In this document: positions 1-10,440 of the stretch, piece after piece
How the letters are laid out: every line of letters begins with the position of its first letter
Numbering within the stretch: position 1 is the first letter of the stretch
Virus record (IMG/VR): IMGVR_UViG_3300022699_000433
Coordinates: 1-59,515 of that record
DNA length: 59,515 bases
Reading direction: 5' to 3' (one strand)
Source: a virus
Lineage: Duplodnaviria; Caudoviricetes
The notes under the pieces: generated by a model
Told to the model about the DNA's origin: nothing
What the model saw: the letters and a program-made list of their open reading frames with translations, nothing else
Databases searched by the model: none
Made by a program: the position numbers and the translations under genes

Positions 1-277
1 TGTGCCTTAGGCCCTGCGCCTCAAGCCATTTTTTTTATTATCCGTGACGCCGATAAAGCCGGCCATGTAGTAGTTCAAGGAATTTATGCACGCTCTGCAT
101 GAGCGTCCCGTATTAAGGGCTGGCTCCTTTGGCTCAAAGGCATGAATTGCCCTGCCCTCTTGGTCTTTCGTGGTATTGATGCCTTGAGTTATTCAACATA
201 GTCAATTACGTCCCATAGTTCATTTGCTGCCTCAATAAGGTCAGCCTCGAATTTCATTTACCTCGGAAAAAGGCAGC

Positions 278-2305
278 TTAATTTATGCCTAACGCCTTCA
301 TTGCAGCCGTCAATGGATCGCCGTAGAATACAGGATCCACTCTTTCCACGATATCGGCTGAGACTTCGAGAAAATTGCGCTTGCTTTCGATAGGTATCAG
401 GGCACGGCGAGCCCCATTATCCATACCAACTTGGAGCGGTTCAGCGAGGGAGCGGACTCCCTTGATATTTCCCTGGATGGTAAGATCACCTAGAATGAGC
501 AGAGCCGGCAAGGAGGAGTGCTTTTTGAGCGCTGAATAGATCGCCACGAGCAAGGCAATACCAGCGTCGCATGATATGTGGTTCCCGAGGAGATCAACAG
601 CCTCCACATAGAAGTCAGTGGTGGCAAAAGTCTGGGCTATTCCCATATCCACTTTGTGTCCTTGAATATACGCAAAGGCTCTCTGGATGGAATCTTTCAT
701 GCTGGCATCAATACCACCTGAAATTTTCAACTTGCCTGTTCCGGGAGAGCAACCTACCTCCAGTCGATAGAGCCCTACCTTTCCTTGATCATCTACGGAG
801 GCGGTGTAAACTGAGCCCGGTGCTAATGGATCTATGGATATAAGATTCCGTCCCCCCTCTTCCGGCACCCCCACAAACCGTTCATCCCTCGTCTCATTGT
901 CAATGTAGGAGAAAGATGTTTGATAATATTCAAACGAGCCCATCTTCTTGAGCTGTTCCTTCACCCGGCGGCGCCCCTCAAGGGCGATATCGACTAGCTC
1001 TGCCATCTCCTCTTTGCGGATGTCCTGATGAGGGTAAATCAGTTTGGCGAGACCGGAGACCGTCTTTCGTACCGCTTTGACATCACGGGCATTAAGGTGC
1101 GAGCCAAGAGAAAAATAGGAGTCAACAATTTCAGAAAAATTATGCCGGCGCAGTTCTCGTAAAGCCTCCGCCAGGTAATCGACGACAAACCCGTAATGTT
1201 CGGTAAAGAACTCCATCTGCATCTTGGGGATTTCCCAGCCGGGAATGTAGAAGTGAATCCGGTCGAGAAATGCCATATCCTCCCTCACCACATCCGGCAG
1301 GGGTGTAAACAGATGAGACGATTTCACCATCACTTCAACAGGCTGGTTGGTATTTCCAAAAAAAGCGACCGATGCCATGCCCGTAAGGGCTTCTTTTCCC
1401 CTTGCAAACGTTCCTGATTCGCAATAGGTTTTAAGGGTGGTAACCACCTCCTTGGGCATTTTCTGAAGATCGGCGACTTCATCAAATCCGACCGCATCCC
1501 AGAGCCCTACCAAACCCATTCTTCCACTGGCCATGTTGTAAAATAGGTTGGCAACGGTTGTTGGACCGGTGAGCAAAATGACATAGGGAGATAGTTCCTG
1601 ATAGGCAAATGATTTCCCGGTACCTCGTGGCCCAAGCTCTATGAAGTTGTAATTCTGCTCACACAGGGGTATCATTCTGGCCAAAAGAAAAAGTTTTGCT
1701 CTTTGGTCAAAACGGCTTGGCTCCAGGCCTATGCTCCTCACCAAGAGATCGATCCATTCATCGTTGGTAAACTCGCTCCGGCAGCGCTTATAGTCCTCAA
1801 AATCGAATGTTCCAAGCTGAATGGGTTGTAGGGTATCTATCCAAAACGGGCTCCGTTTGCCTTTGGCCTCTTCATCGAACTCGTGTCTGATGTCAACCTG
1901 CGCCCATATGCCGCCCATGAGTAGTCTGTCATATTGTCGAATGTAATGCTCCGGGATATGGACGTATTTGTGACTAAAGTTTACGAACTCCGCCCAATAT
2001 TTATCATCATTGGATAGATACCGCACTTTCAGTTTATCAATGAGGGTGTGCTTTCCTTTTTCCCTCACGAAAGATTGGGCCTTGTTAGCTTCATCAGGTC
2101 TTACAAAATTCTCCGTAAGCGTGGAGTTGACCACTCGCAGGCCGGCTTCGATGGCCGATGGATCATCAGTAGCGCAATACTTGCCGAGAAGATACTCAAG
2201 GACGAAAACCGGCACATTGGCCCCGACCTTCACCTTTCGGACGAGGTCCTTTCGCACCACCTTCCCGGCGAAAACCTTTGTTGATTTGCTGTCAAGTTCG
2301 GGCAT
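278..2305 (-). CDS. brxL: BREX Lon-like AAA+ protein BrxL
   Basis: 675 aa; N-terminal VPVFVLEYLLGKYC motif; Walker A ELGPRGTGKS; C-terminal Lon-like domain; last gene of the BREX operon. Confidence 0.93.
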   Translation of the reverse strand: MPELDSKSTKVFAGKVVRKDLVRKVKVGANVPVFVLEYLLGKYCATDDPSAIEAGLRVVNSTLTENFVRPDEANKAQSFVREKGKHTLIDKLKVRYLSNDDKYWAEFVNFSHKYVHIPEHYIRQYDRLLMGGIWAQVDIRHEFDEEAKGKRSPFWIDTLQPIQLGTFDFEDYKRCRSEFTNDEWIDLLVRSIGLEPSRFDQRAKLFLLARMIPLCEQNYNFIELGPRGTGKSFAYQELSPYVILLTGPTTVANLFYNMASGRMGLVGLWDAVGFDEVADLQKMPKEVVTTLKTYCESGTFARGKEALTGMASVAFFGNTNQPVEVMVKSSHLFTPLPDVVREDMAFLDRIHFYIPGWEIPKMQMEFFTEHYGFVVDYLAEALRELRRHNFSEIVDSYFSLGSHLNARDVKAVRKTVSGLAKLIYPHQDIRKEEMAELVDIALEGRRRVKEQLKKMGSFEYYQTSFSYIDNETRDERFVGVPEEGGRNLISIDPLAPGSVYTASVDDQGKVGLYRLEVGCSPGTGKLKISGGIDASMKDSIQRAFAYIQGHKVDMGIAQTFATTDFYVEAVDLLGNHISCDAGIALLVAIYSALKKHSSLPALLILGDLTIQGNIKGVRSLAEPLQVGMDNGARRALIPIESKRNFLEVSADIVERVDPVFYGDPLTAAMKALGIN

Positions 2306-2316
2306 TGCCCCTCTCC

Positions 2317-4911
2317 TTACAGTGCAATAGATACTTCGATGTTCTCCAGCCGGGCCAATTCAACCCCCGTTGCGGCATCAAGCAAATACACCGTCACCGT
2401 CTTTTGGTTCGGCTCATCAATGATCATAAGCGTGATGGTGTTAGGAGTTGTTTTTCTGGGATCGTTTTCATCTTTACGGAGCGCAACATCTCCTGTCGAT
2501 TCCTCAAAACCGTACGATGCACTCACTGGCCGGGAAATTGATTTGCTTTTTGCGCGCAGCTCAATACGGACCTTGGGCGGATCAAAATCGAACAGCCCTG
2601 TATTCACACCGGCGACCTGTACTGAGAAAAACCGAGTTGAGAGTTTCTGGCTCCCGGGAGTGAGTGTCCATGCGATTCCAAGCGGAAGCCCAGGAGTTTG
2701 TTTTGCCGATGGGCCGATGGCCATGACCGGAACGAGCAGTTCTTGAGGTGATAGACCTCCATGGAAGTACGCACGTGCACCGCCTTTACATTTGAAACAA
2801 CCAAAGGTCCACGGAGTGGCGAGGTCGAATTCGCCTTGCATATCCAGATCCCGCAGATGCATGCGAAGAGCGGCGTCGTCAGCCGTCCCCCCATGCCCCA
2901 CCCAGACACGGCGATGCAGGTCATACGTATCGCCGCCGGGGGCTTCTATCTTCATATCCTCACTCACTTCCTCACCGAAAAGATGTCCATGATCCGCTGC
3001 TAGGATAATCCGTTCTACACCTAAATCATCAAGCACCCGGAGACCTCGCCTCAGGTCGTTCAGCACCCCATCCATTTGCCGCCTGGCCTGCGCGATGTTG
3101 TCTTTTTCGCAGAGTTCGTCAATCTCCTGGGAAGTCACAAGGATCAACTGACCATTTTCGATACCCTCCCGAACCTTTTTCGAGGGTTTGGGCAGGAGAC
3201 TCTCGAGCTTGGTATCGTAAACCTCAACGCCGGCATGTTCCTTCAAAAACATCACTCGGTCATTCCGGTCCTTAATCACTGTCCCCTTGATCTCCAGGGC
3301 CAATTTGCCGGTTGCCCCTGGAACCACCGTCACCCCCTCATGGGCTCCGGGCAGAAGGGCAGCCATACCGATCTCAGTGACGGTAGGGACAGCAGCGATG
3401 GCAACATGCAGCTCGATCTCGAAGCTTTCTGTAAGTAAACGCACTAACTCACGACCCATCTCAAAGCGAAGCGCATCCACCCACACATAGGCAACCTTGC
3501 CGTTACCCAGGGTAGGCTTTACAAACCGTTCGAAAACGTCCCGCTGGCGTATAATATGCTTGTCAAGCGGGGCTTCCTTCACTCGGCTCAGGAAACAGCG
3601 GGCAACCTCAGAGCCTACCTCCATATAGCGCTGCCGAGCGCGTATCACCAGTTTTTCAATACTCTCCTGGTCATAGCCGTACGGTTCGAAGTTGTACCAT
3701 CGACTCTCCATGTGACGGTGGTTGGTATCCAGCAAACACCAAGGCTCCGCGCCCTCAGCATACTCCTTGATTATCCCGGTGACTGATGCCGGAGCCGTTT
3801 TCACCGCGTTCTCGACCCGATCAGCCGTGAGCAGCACCTCGGCAGCCGCAGCTACCAGCGCCCAGCGGGCCTGAAGTTTTGGTTCTGCATCGCACCAGAA
3901 GCGAGATAAGCGGGATTCAGCCAGGGTCAACATATAGCCGTCTGTTTGCTCAAGAAGCCGGTCCTCGGCATGTCGCAAGAGAGCCCTTTCCCCCGCCGGG
4001 AATGTTTCAACATTGGCCGCCGCATTTGGCTCAAACGTCAAGGCTGCAAGGTTGAACTCCTCTTCCACCCGGCGGGCGGCATCCACATAGCTATCCCGCA
4101 GATCACGCCGCAGACGCCACGAACGGGCTACGGCCGCGCACGCAGCAGTAGTGGCAGGTGTTACGGCAACCGGAACGGAGGCCAGTTCCTGTGGAACAAA
4201 GTCGCCAAGACCAGAGATGAAATCAGTCATCAGAACATGCCGGGCCAGGGGCTGCCGAAGCTCCTCCAGTCCTGCCCCCTCAGAGGACTCGAACTCGAAC
4301 TCGCGCCGCAAAAGTTCCGCAAGTTCGCCCTTCGCATCCTTTCTTATAATGCTCTCGTCAAACCGGTCGCTATCAAGAAAAGAAAGGGCAACTTCCTGTG
4401 AGTTGCCGGTACCGAAGATGAGTGCGATCGCTCCCTTGGAGATCTCACCGCCTTTATCAGCCAGGTCATCGAGGTCGGCCAAGCTAAGGTTTCCAGCCTC
4501 GGCCTGCTTTTCCACGTGGTTTGCCGTCTCTTCGCCTAGGATATCTTTCAGGGCGTTGCGGGCCAAAACGGCCAGCCGGGTATTTCGTGCCGGGGGCTGC
4601 TGGCCCGGCTGCATGGTAACACCCGCAGCCTCCAGCTCAATGAGGGCATGATGGGTCTGGTCCTGAGCTACCGGCACATAGACCACCAGACGAGGAGGCT
4701 CTTCGCTGTCCATGAGTTTTCTTTGATCGATCTCCCATCGGAGTTGGATGAAGCTTCCGTCATAGCGAAGAATGGTCGTATCTTGAATATCAAGTGCTTC
4801 CAGAGCTCCGGTATATTCACCATCCGGGTCATACCAAACCACCAGGCCGTGATCGTTTACCTGTTTGGCGATCAGGCCGATGAGATGCTCTGTTACGGTC
4901 CCGATGCTCAT
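2317..4911 (-). CDS. pglZ: BREX PglZ (alkaline-phosphatase superfamily)
   Basis: 864 aa; motifs WVDALRFE, PTVTEIGMAALLP, ADHGH, FHGGLSPQE; operon position. Confidence 0.93.
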   Translation of the reverse strand: MSIGTVTEHLIGLIAKQVNDHGLVVWYDPDGEYTGALEALDIQDTTILRYDGSFIQLRWEIDQRKLMDSEEPPRLVVYVPVAQDQTHHALIELEAAGVTMQPGQQPPARNTRLAVLARNALKDILGEETANHVEKQAEAGNLSLADLDDLADKGGEISKGAIALIFGTGNSQEVALSFLDSDRFDESIIRKDAKGELAELLRREFEFESSEGAGLEELRQPLARHVLMTDFISGLGDFVPQELASVPVAVTPATTAACAAVARSWRLRRDLRDSYVDAARRVEEEFNLAALTFEPNAAANVETFPAGERALLRHAEDRLLEQTDGYMLTLAESRLSRFWCDAEPKLQARWALVAAAAEVLLTADRVENAVKTAPASVTGIIKEYAEGAEPWCLLDTNHRHMESRWYNFEPYGYDQESIEKLVIRARQRYMEVGSEVARCFLSRVKEAPLDKHIIRQRDVFERFVKPTLGNGKVAYVWVDALRFEMGRELVRLLTESFEIELHVAIAAVPTVTEIGMAALLPGAHEGVTVVPGATGKLALEIKGTVIKDRNDRVMFLKEHAGVEVYDTKLESLLPKPSKKVREGIENGQLILVTSQEIDELCEKDNIAQARRQMDGVLNDLRRGLRVLDDLGVERIILAADHGHLFGEEVSEDMKIEAPGGDTYDLHRRVWVGHGGTADDAALRMHLRDLDMQGEFDLATPWTFGCFKCKGGARAYFHGGLSPQELLVPVMAIGPSAKQTPGLPLGIAWTLTPGSQKLSTRFFSVQVAGVNTGLFDFDPPKVRIELRAKSKSISRPVSASYGFEESTGDVALRKDENDPRKTTPNTITLMIIDEPNQKTVTVYLLDAATGVELARLENIEVSIAL

Positions 4912-6311
4912 TTCTTTTCCTCTACCACTTCCCAGTACCCGCCTTTGGCCGGTCCAATGCGCCGCAACCGCTTCTGTTCCTGCAATTTCTGGATATTTCG
5001 CTCGATGGATCGTTCAGTCACTCCAATCATTGAGGCCAAATCGGGGATGGTCAAATATCTGTCCTCTTTGAGCGCCGCCAAGATTCTCCCCGACGTTTTT
5101 CCCGACGTTTTTCCCGACGTTTTCGGTGAACCTGGGACCAGCTTCAGTTCCTCAACAGGCGTTCGGTGTATCTTGGCAGTGAACAGGCAACCATCTCGAT
5201 CGTCGGCAAAATCGATCCGCGGCCAGGCTTCGAGAGCCCGTTTGATGCCTGAACCGAGGCCGTGATAGGGCAGCAGGCCCTTGGCTACATAAGAGACCAA
5301 GATAGGGTTCCGGATATTCGAATTGCCGGCCAGAATCTTTTCCACGGTCAGATTGTTCGGCAGATGCCCGGGGCTGATGATTTCGATGCGGTTGTCGAAA
5401 ATGAACAGGCGAACCGGTGCGCTCACCAGATAGTCGCGGTGCACCAAAGCGTTCACCAATAGTTCCTCAAACACGCTTTCCGGAATCTCGGGCAGACCGG
5501 GGGCATTTACGCCACGGCCGGCCTGCACTTTATAGAGGTTTCGCATGACAAAAGCCAGGGCATCGTCGAAGACCTTCCGGAGCGGTCCGGAGAAATCTTC
5601 AGTGTCGATATAGTCTGTGCCATGAATTTCGTTGCCGGGGTAACGCATGGCCTTGATTACGAACTGGGGTTTGATCCATTCCGGACGTTCGGCGAACAGC
5701 AGTACCCCGGCCAGATTGAGCATGCCATCGTCGGCTGCAAGGTTCATGTTCTGCAACAACCGGGTCAGTTCCTCAGGATCATCAGGGAATTCTCGCTTGT
5801 AAAAGTCTCGTAGAAAGTCTCGAAACCGCAACTTGTCCAAGACTTCTATTCCTGCCTTCGTCGGCAATTCATCCGCATGAAACTGATCGGTGATCTGAAA
5901 GAGGCGCCTGAGCTCCTCCTTGGAGTTCACCCGCCGTTTGTCCGCTCCTGACTTGAGCCAGATGACACCGTTTTTGTCGAAATAGGGCTTGTCTATCCCC
6001 TTGGGAACGGTCAACACGATAACAACCCTCTCCTCGCCAACGGAAACATTCTCGGTCTTAACCGCCAAAGGACTGCGGACCAATTGGCTGGCGGCATTGC
6101 TGATCATCTGATTGATGCGGGCCACATCTTCCGTTGAAAGGCCTGGAATCGAACCGTCGTCCGCCACGCCAATAAGAATAATCCCGCCATCAGCATTGGC
6201 AAAGGCTGCCATCTCCGAGGCCAGAGATTCCCCGTTGTGGATGTCCTCCTTAAATTGGCGGGTACTGTCCTCACCCAAGGCCACCAAGCGCAGCAGGTCA
6301 TCACTATTCAT
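4908..6311 (-). CDS. AlbA_2/Schlafen-like domain + HATPase_c_4-like domain + C-terminal HTH protein
   Basis: 467 aa; GEDSTRQFK...AFANADGGIILIGVADDG, ELLVNALVHRDY, IEIISPG, C-terminal HTH; overlaps both pglX and pglZ. Confidence 0.85.
   Translation of the reverse strand: MNSDDLLRLVALGEDSTRQFKEDIHNGESLASEMAAFANADGGIILIGVADDGSIPGLSTEDVARINQMISNAASQLVRSPLAVKTENVSVGEERVVIVLTVPKGIDKPYFDKNGVIWLKSGADKRRVNSKEELRRLFQITDQFHADELPTKAGIEVLDKLRFRDFLRDFYKREFPDDPEELTRLLQNMNLAADDGMLNLAGVLLFAERPEWIKPQFVIKAMRYPGNEIHGTDYIDTEDFSGPLRKVFDDALAFVMRNLYKVQAGRGVNAPGLPEIPESVFEELLVNALVHRDYLVSAPVRLFIFDNRIEIISPGHLPNNLTVEKILAGNSNIRNPILVSYVAKGLLPYHGLGSGIKRALEAWPRIDFADDRDGCLFTAKIHRTPVEELKLVPGSPKTSGKTSGKTSGRILAALKEDRYLTIPDLASMIGVTERSIERNIQKLQEQKRLRRIGPAKGGYWEVVEEKK
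5089..5123. repeat. 12-bp tandem repeat x3 (CCCGACGTTTTT) encoding a KTSG linker
   Basis: Read directly; third copy one base short. Confidence 0.9.
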
Positions 6312-9300
6312 CTGCCGGCACCTCAGTATTGTCTATTTCTTCCTGAATAACTCTCCGTTTGGCTTTCACGGGCTCAATCTCGCAAAGGTATTCAAAGCCA
6401 TGGGCAATGGCAATTGAGCGATCTTTCTTGCAGCGTTCCTTTACCCGTTCGGGCCAGAGTTGAAATGCAATATGGGACCAGTCATATGCGCCTTCCTGAA
6501 GCCCTTCCCAGTATTTTTTGGGCTCACTCCAGGGGACCAGTTCCCACAGGGGCGCAATATTCAAAATCACGCCGTCATTGAGATCAAAATCTAGATGAAA
6601 ATCCGCGGCCCTGCGGAGCTTGCCCGCAAAGTCATGCAGCTCGGAGACGAATTGATGCTGGCGGTCCATCTCCTTTTCGATCTGCTTGGCCTCGCGTCCC
6701 GAGCTTCCCGCTGCTTCTTTTCGGCCCCGCAAGGATTTCAGGCGATCCTCCTCCAGACGAATCTTGGGCTCCACGTAATTGAGCAACGCCTTGAAAAGGA
6801 TGTCCTTGTCCAGGCGGTGATAGTAGAGCCACAGACCATAATTGCCCTTGGCAGAGCGCAGATACCAATAGATGGGAGCCTTTCGGCGGCTCTTGGAATA
6901 GCGTTTTACATGATCCATCCAGAATCCGCCGTTTCCCGGCTTTCGGAAATAGTCGCGCAGATCCCGCACGCCGAGGATTTCACAGGCCTCCTGCTCGATG
7001 GCCTCGGCACGGTCTTTCCAGATCACCTCCAGCACCTCTCGGACCCGGCGAACGATGTCATCCTCATGCCCGGGATCGTCCACCAGGATCCCGTCCCAAT
7101 CGATACGTATGGGGTAATCAAATGGCACATCCTCGGGCTTGGCCGGCAGGCCGTCTGGTCCTTGGAGCATGCCCGGGGGGCAGAGGGGGAGTGGGTCGAA
7201 GGGATCTGGAAGTTCTGGTGGCTGTTGTTCACCTGTGGTAAAAAGAATGTTCCAGCGGCCAAACACGTTTCCTACAAAATAGGAAATCACGGCCTTTACA
7301 ATATTGGTGTTGACTCCATTAGGAATCATGTCATCAGGGTTATTACTTGAGAATTTTCCTTCGTTTGTATAAGTATCATTTGTTGCTGTCTCTGTAGCTC
7401 TAAAGTTCCTAGCTAACAATATAAAATTTTCCAATTCACCAGACTCTATACCCGATTCCATCCATAAGAAGTTTTCGGCAGCTTTAAGAATCTCATATAC
7501 TTTTCTTCGAATGTTTTCATTTTTCGATGCTTTTTGAATAGCAATATTTTTTAGAGAATTATCTATTCCTTCAAACAATGCAAAGAATAGGGGAGAAGTC
7601 TCGTCAGATTTTTGTAGAGCTTGAGGAAGAGACGTAACATCCTTGGCAAGGCTTACCAGTTGTTGATCTGGAGCCTCAGCTAGCGAAGGTATTGGCAGAG
7701 AAGCCAATATACCACTTTCATGTTTCCGATCAGCAGTAAGGCAAGATAAGAAACAATTATATGTTTCAGTATTAAGAAAAATCATTAATTTCAAAAGTGA
7801 ATGTTTAGACTTGTCTTTTGTTTCAATGAAACGTGAAGCATGGCCGAAAACATGCCCGGGCGGACACGGTTGAGCACCAATTCCTTTATCTGAAATGTAT
7901 GGGCAAACGATGCCTTTCTTATCATAGGCCGCCTCATTTCTAAAATAACTTCCTTTGAAATTCTTTAGGATAGTACCATTTTGTTTCCAATAAACTAGCA
8001 TTTGTGATGGGTTTTCGAATGGCCTAAATTCACCCCCTTTTAGAAAGCGTTTCCAAGGGGGATCACTGACAAAATTAGGACTTATTTCATGCCAAAGCCT
8101 TAAAAATCTGAAATCATCCCCTGTTGTTAATCCCACCCTTACATTGCCGATAGAAGGATTCCGTTTCCCGATCGACTCTTCGCCAAGGCATTTCCACTGA
8201 AGAAATAGATTCGCTATTTGTTCCGGCACCCAATAGGATATAGCCAAGCCAGGTAATTTATGAAAGAATTCTAATTCCCGTACCCAAACTTTGTCTGCAG
8301 AGCCTGATCCTGCCAAAGCATTAAGTTGAGTTACTAATTCTTTTTCATAGTCCTGGGAGCCTCTTAATCCAAAGGCTATAATAAAGAATTTTTGTTGAAA
8401 ACTTTTGCAGATTATGTTTAAGGCTGCCCTTACGGTAGCTCCATCAAGAACACCGATGCCCATTTCAGCAAGAATTGACAACCGACCATCTCTATCGACA
8501 CCCACAAGATTCTTTCTTAGCTCATAGAATGAAGGTAAATGTAAATAGGTTCTTGACGTAATTGATCCGTTCAACCCATTCTTACGAGTCAAAACGAGAG
8601 ACCGTTCAATAAATGCTGCGTAAAGATCGTTGCCGGTATTCTTATACGCACTTGACAAATAACTATGCGCTTTAGAACTGGGAACGCCAAACGGGGGATT
8701 CATCAGCACTACGTCATAACGTTTGCGGCAGAAATCGATGAAGGAAAAACCTCGGGCAGCGTCTTCGGCGAACAATCGGCGTCTGATCACAAGGCCGTTT
8801 TCCAACCGCTCCGCATACTCCTTCAGCGCATCCAATATCCGGTCTTCCGCTTGGTCCCAAAATTGTTCGTCGGTCACCCCCGATAAATCGAAGCGCAATT
8901 GCTGCTGCTCGGGTTTCGGTTTTACCATTTCGGGGAAGAGCACAGCCTGTTCTATCTTAGGCCCTTCTAACCACTGTTTTCTGGCCTCGGCGATGGCATC
9001 CTTAATCTCCTCCTCGATCTTGAGCAGTGAACCGGCCTCTCCGGAGAGTTTCATCTTCTGGAAAACTATTTCTACGAGTTGACCTAGAACTTGAGGCTGT
9101 AGGGTAGCCATGAACTCCTTTAACAAATCCGCCTCGCCCGGCATAGGTTCGGCGCAAACGATGTTGGAGCGGGTAATCTTTGGGCGCGCACTGTTCTGCA
9201 ACCCCAGCTCCTGGTAAGCACGCTGAGAACGCAGCCACAGGGCCAACGCTGCAATTTGTGTGGCCCGCAAGTCGATGTCAATGCCATGCAAGTTGTGCTT

Positions 9301-10437
9301 GAGGATCAGGCCCGGTACAGCACTCTGGAGATCTTCAATCGCCGGGTATTCTTTCCTCAATGCAGCGCTTAGGTCCGGATCATCGTATGCTTCCTCGTAA
9401 ATGGCCTGGAGCAGGTCAAAGCAGTAGAGCAAAAAGTGGCCGGAGCCGCAGGCAGGATCAAGTACCTTGACTTCACGCGGGTCCTTTTTGGGCCTGTAAG
9501 GGATGTAAACAGGTTGCTTGAGCAATTCCTCCTGCGACAGGTCTTCGCGCGCCTCTTTTGATTCCACGGGAGACTGTTCACCTTCTTTCAGAAATATCTC
9601 TGTGGGCCGTCGCACCAGATACTTGCAACGATCCTTAATGATGGTCTTGCCCTTTCGCATCTCGTACCAGATGCGGCCAAGGGTGTTATCGGTAAGGAAC
9701 TCCACTACATAACGAGGGGTGAAGAACTGGTTGCGAAAGGCAAGTTCATAGGAATTACGCGGGGCCTGGCTTTCCTTGCGGGCCTTTTCGCGCAGCTCTT
9801 TCGGTGTGAAATACTGGTATACCCAACCGATGGTTTCGTCTTGGGACCAGATGTTTTGCAGTTCGTCATCGTTGATCAGGGCCAACACCACGTCCAGGAC
9901 CCGTTGCGGCGGGTAGATTCGATTTGCCGGGTCGTTGGGGTTAAAGAGGACGCCGATCTCCTGGGAGAGGGTTCCGCCCAACCAGTCGAGAAAGTTTCTA
10001 TAGGCCATGTCCTGCCGGCCGCTCTTATGGAGCTTTTCAGCCTCCGGGTGGTCAGCGAGATAAAAGAAAAAACCCTGGGACTTGAGCCCGCGGCTGACAG
10101 CTTCGCGGATGAGTCCTCGCGACTCCATCATCTTGTAGGCACAAAGTCGGTTGAGGTGAGTAAAGGCAATCTCACGGATAAGCTGTTCCAGCGCTTCGGC
10201 TGGTTGGTAGCCGATAGCCCGGATGTGCTCCAGGTGGTCCACGAGGTCCTGACGGTAAGCACGGTCCTCTTCGGTGAGATGCGCCATGCGGGCCTCGTCC
10301 TCGATCTGAACCTCGCCCTTCTTCCGCCCCGTATAAATGCCGAAGCGCCCCTGGAGGGCCTGGGCCGTCGAGTTTTCCAACAGCTTCCTGCACTGGGTCA
10401 CGACGCCGCGCAGCTTGTTTCGTATGGACTGATCCAT
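6304..10437 (-). CDS. pglX: BREX adenine methyltransferase PglX
   Basis: 1377 aa; QFFTPRYVV, motif I VLDPACGSGHF, motif IV NPPF, C-terminal YSKSRRKAPIYW and DLNDGV. Confidence 0.93.
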   Translation of the reverse strand: MDQSIRNKLRGVVTQCRKLLENSTAQALQGRFGIYTGRKKGEVQIEDEARMAHLTEEDRAYRQDLVDHLEHIRAIGYQPAEALEQLIREIAFTHLNRLCAYKMMESRGLIREAVSRGLKSQGFFFYLADHPEAEKLHKSGRQDMAYRNFLDWLGGTLSQEIGVLFNPNDPANRIYPPQRVLDVVLALINDDELQNIWSQDETIGWVYQYFTPKELREKARKESQAPRNSYELAFRNQFFTPRYVVEFLTDNTLGRIWYEMRKGKTIIKDRCKYLVRRPTEIFLKEGEQSPVESKEAREDLSQEELLKQPVYIPYRPKKDPREVKVLDPACGSGHFLLYCFDLLQAIYEEAYDDPDLSAALRKEYPAIEDLQSAVPGLILKHNLHGIDIDLRATQIAALALWLRSQRAYQELGLQNSARPKITRSNIVCAEPMPGEADLLKEFMATLQPQVLGQLVEIVFQKMKLSGEAGSLLKIEEEIKDAIAEARKQWLEGPKIEQAVLFPEMVKPKPEQQQLRFDLSGVTDEQFWDQAEDRILDALKEYAERLENGLVIRRRLFAEDAARGFSFIDFCRKRYDVVLMNPPFGVPSSKAHSYLSSAYKNTGNDLYAAFIERSLVLTRKNGLNGSITSRTYLHLPSFYELRKNLVGVDRDGRLSILAEMGIGVLDGATVRAALNIICKSFQQKFFIIAFGLRGSQDYEKELVTQLNALAGSGSADKVWVRELEFFHKLPGLAISYWVPEQIANLFLQWKCLGEESIGKRNPSIGNVRVGLTTGDDFRFLRLWHEISPNFVSDPPWKRFLKGGEFRPFENPSQMLVYWKQNGTILKNFKGSYFRNEAAYDKKGIVCPYISDKGIGAQPCPPGHVFGHASRFIETKDKSKHSLLKLMIFLNTETYNCFLSCLTADRKHESGILASLPIPSLAEAPDQQLVSLAKDVTSLPQALQKSDETSPLFFALFEGIDNSLKNIAIQKASKNENIRRKVYEILKAAENFLWMESGIESGELENFILLARNFRATETATNDTYTNEGKFSSNNPDDMIPNGVNTNIVKAVISYFVGNVFGRWNILFTTGEQQPPELPDPFDPLPLCPPGMLQGPDGLPAKPEDVPFDYPIRIDWDGILVDDPGHEDDIVRRVREVLEVIWKDRAEAIEQEACEILGVRDLRDYFRKPGNGGFWMDHVKRYSKSRRKAPIYWYLRSAKGNYGLWLYYHRLDKDILFKALLNYVEPKIRLEEDRLKSLRGRKEAAGSSGREAKQIEKEMDRQHQFVSELHDFAGKLRRAADFHLDFDLNDGVILNIAPLWELVPWSEPKKYWEGLQEGAYDWSHIAFQLWPERVKERCKKDRSIAIAHGFEYLCEIEPVKAKRRVIQEEIDNTEVPADE

Positions 10438-10440
10438 GAA

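Noticed and set aside
1-257. Gene downstream of brxL
   Set aside because: ATG at 257 with an RBS hits a stop after 22 codons; no product can be supported
6304-10437. Invertible or phase-variable pglX
   Set aside because: No second partial pglX, no flanking inverted repeats and no adjacent invertase
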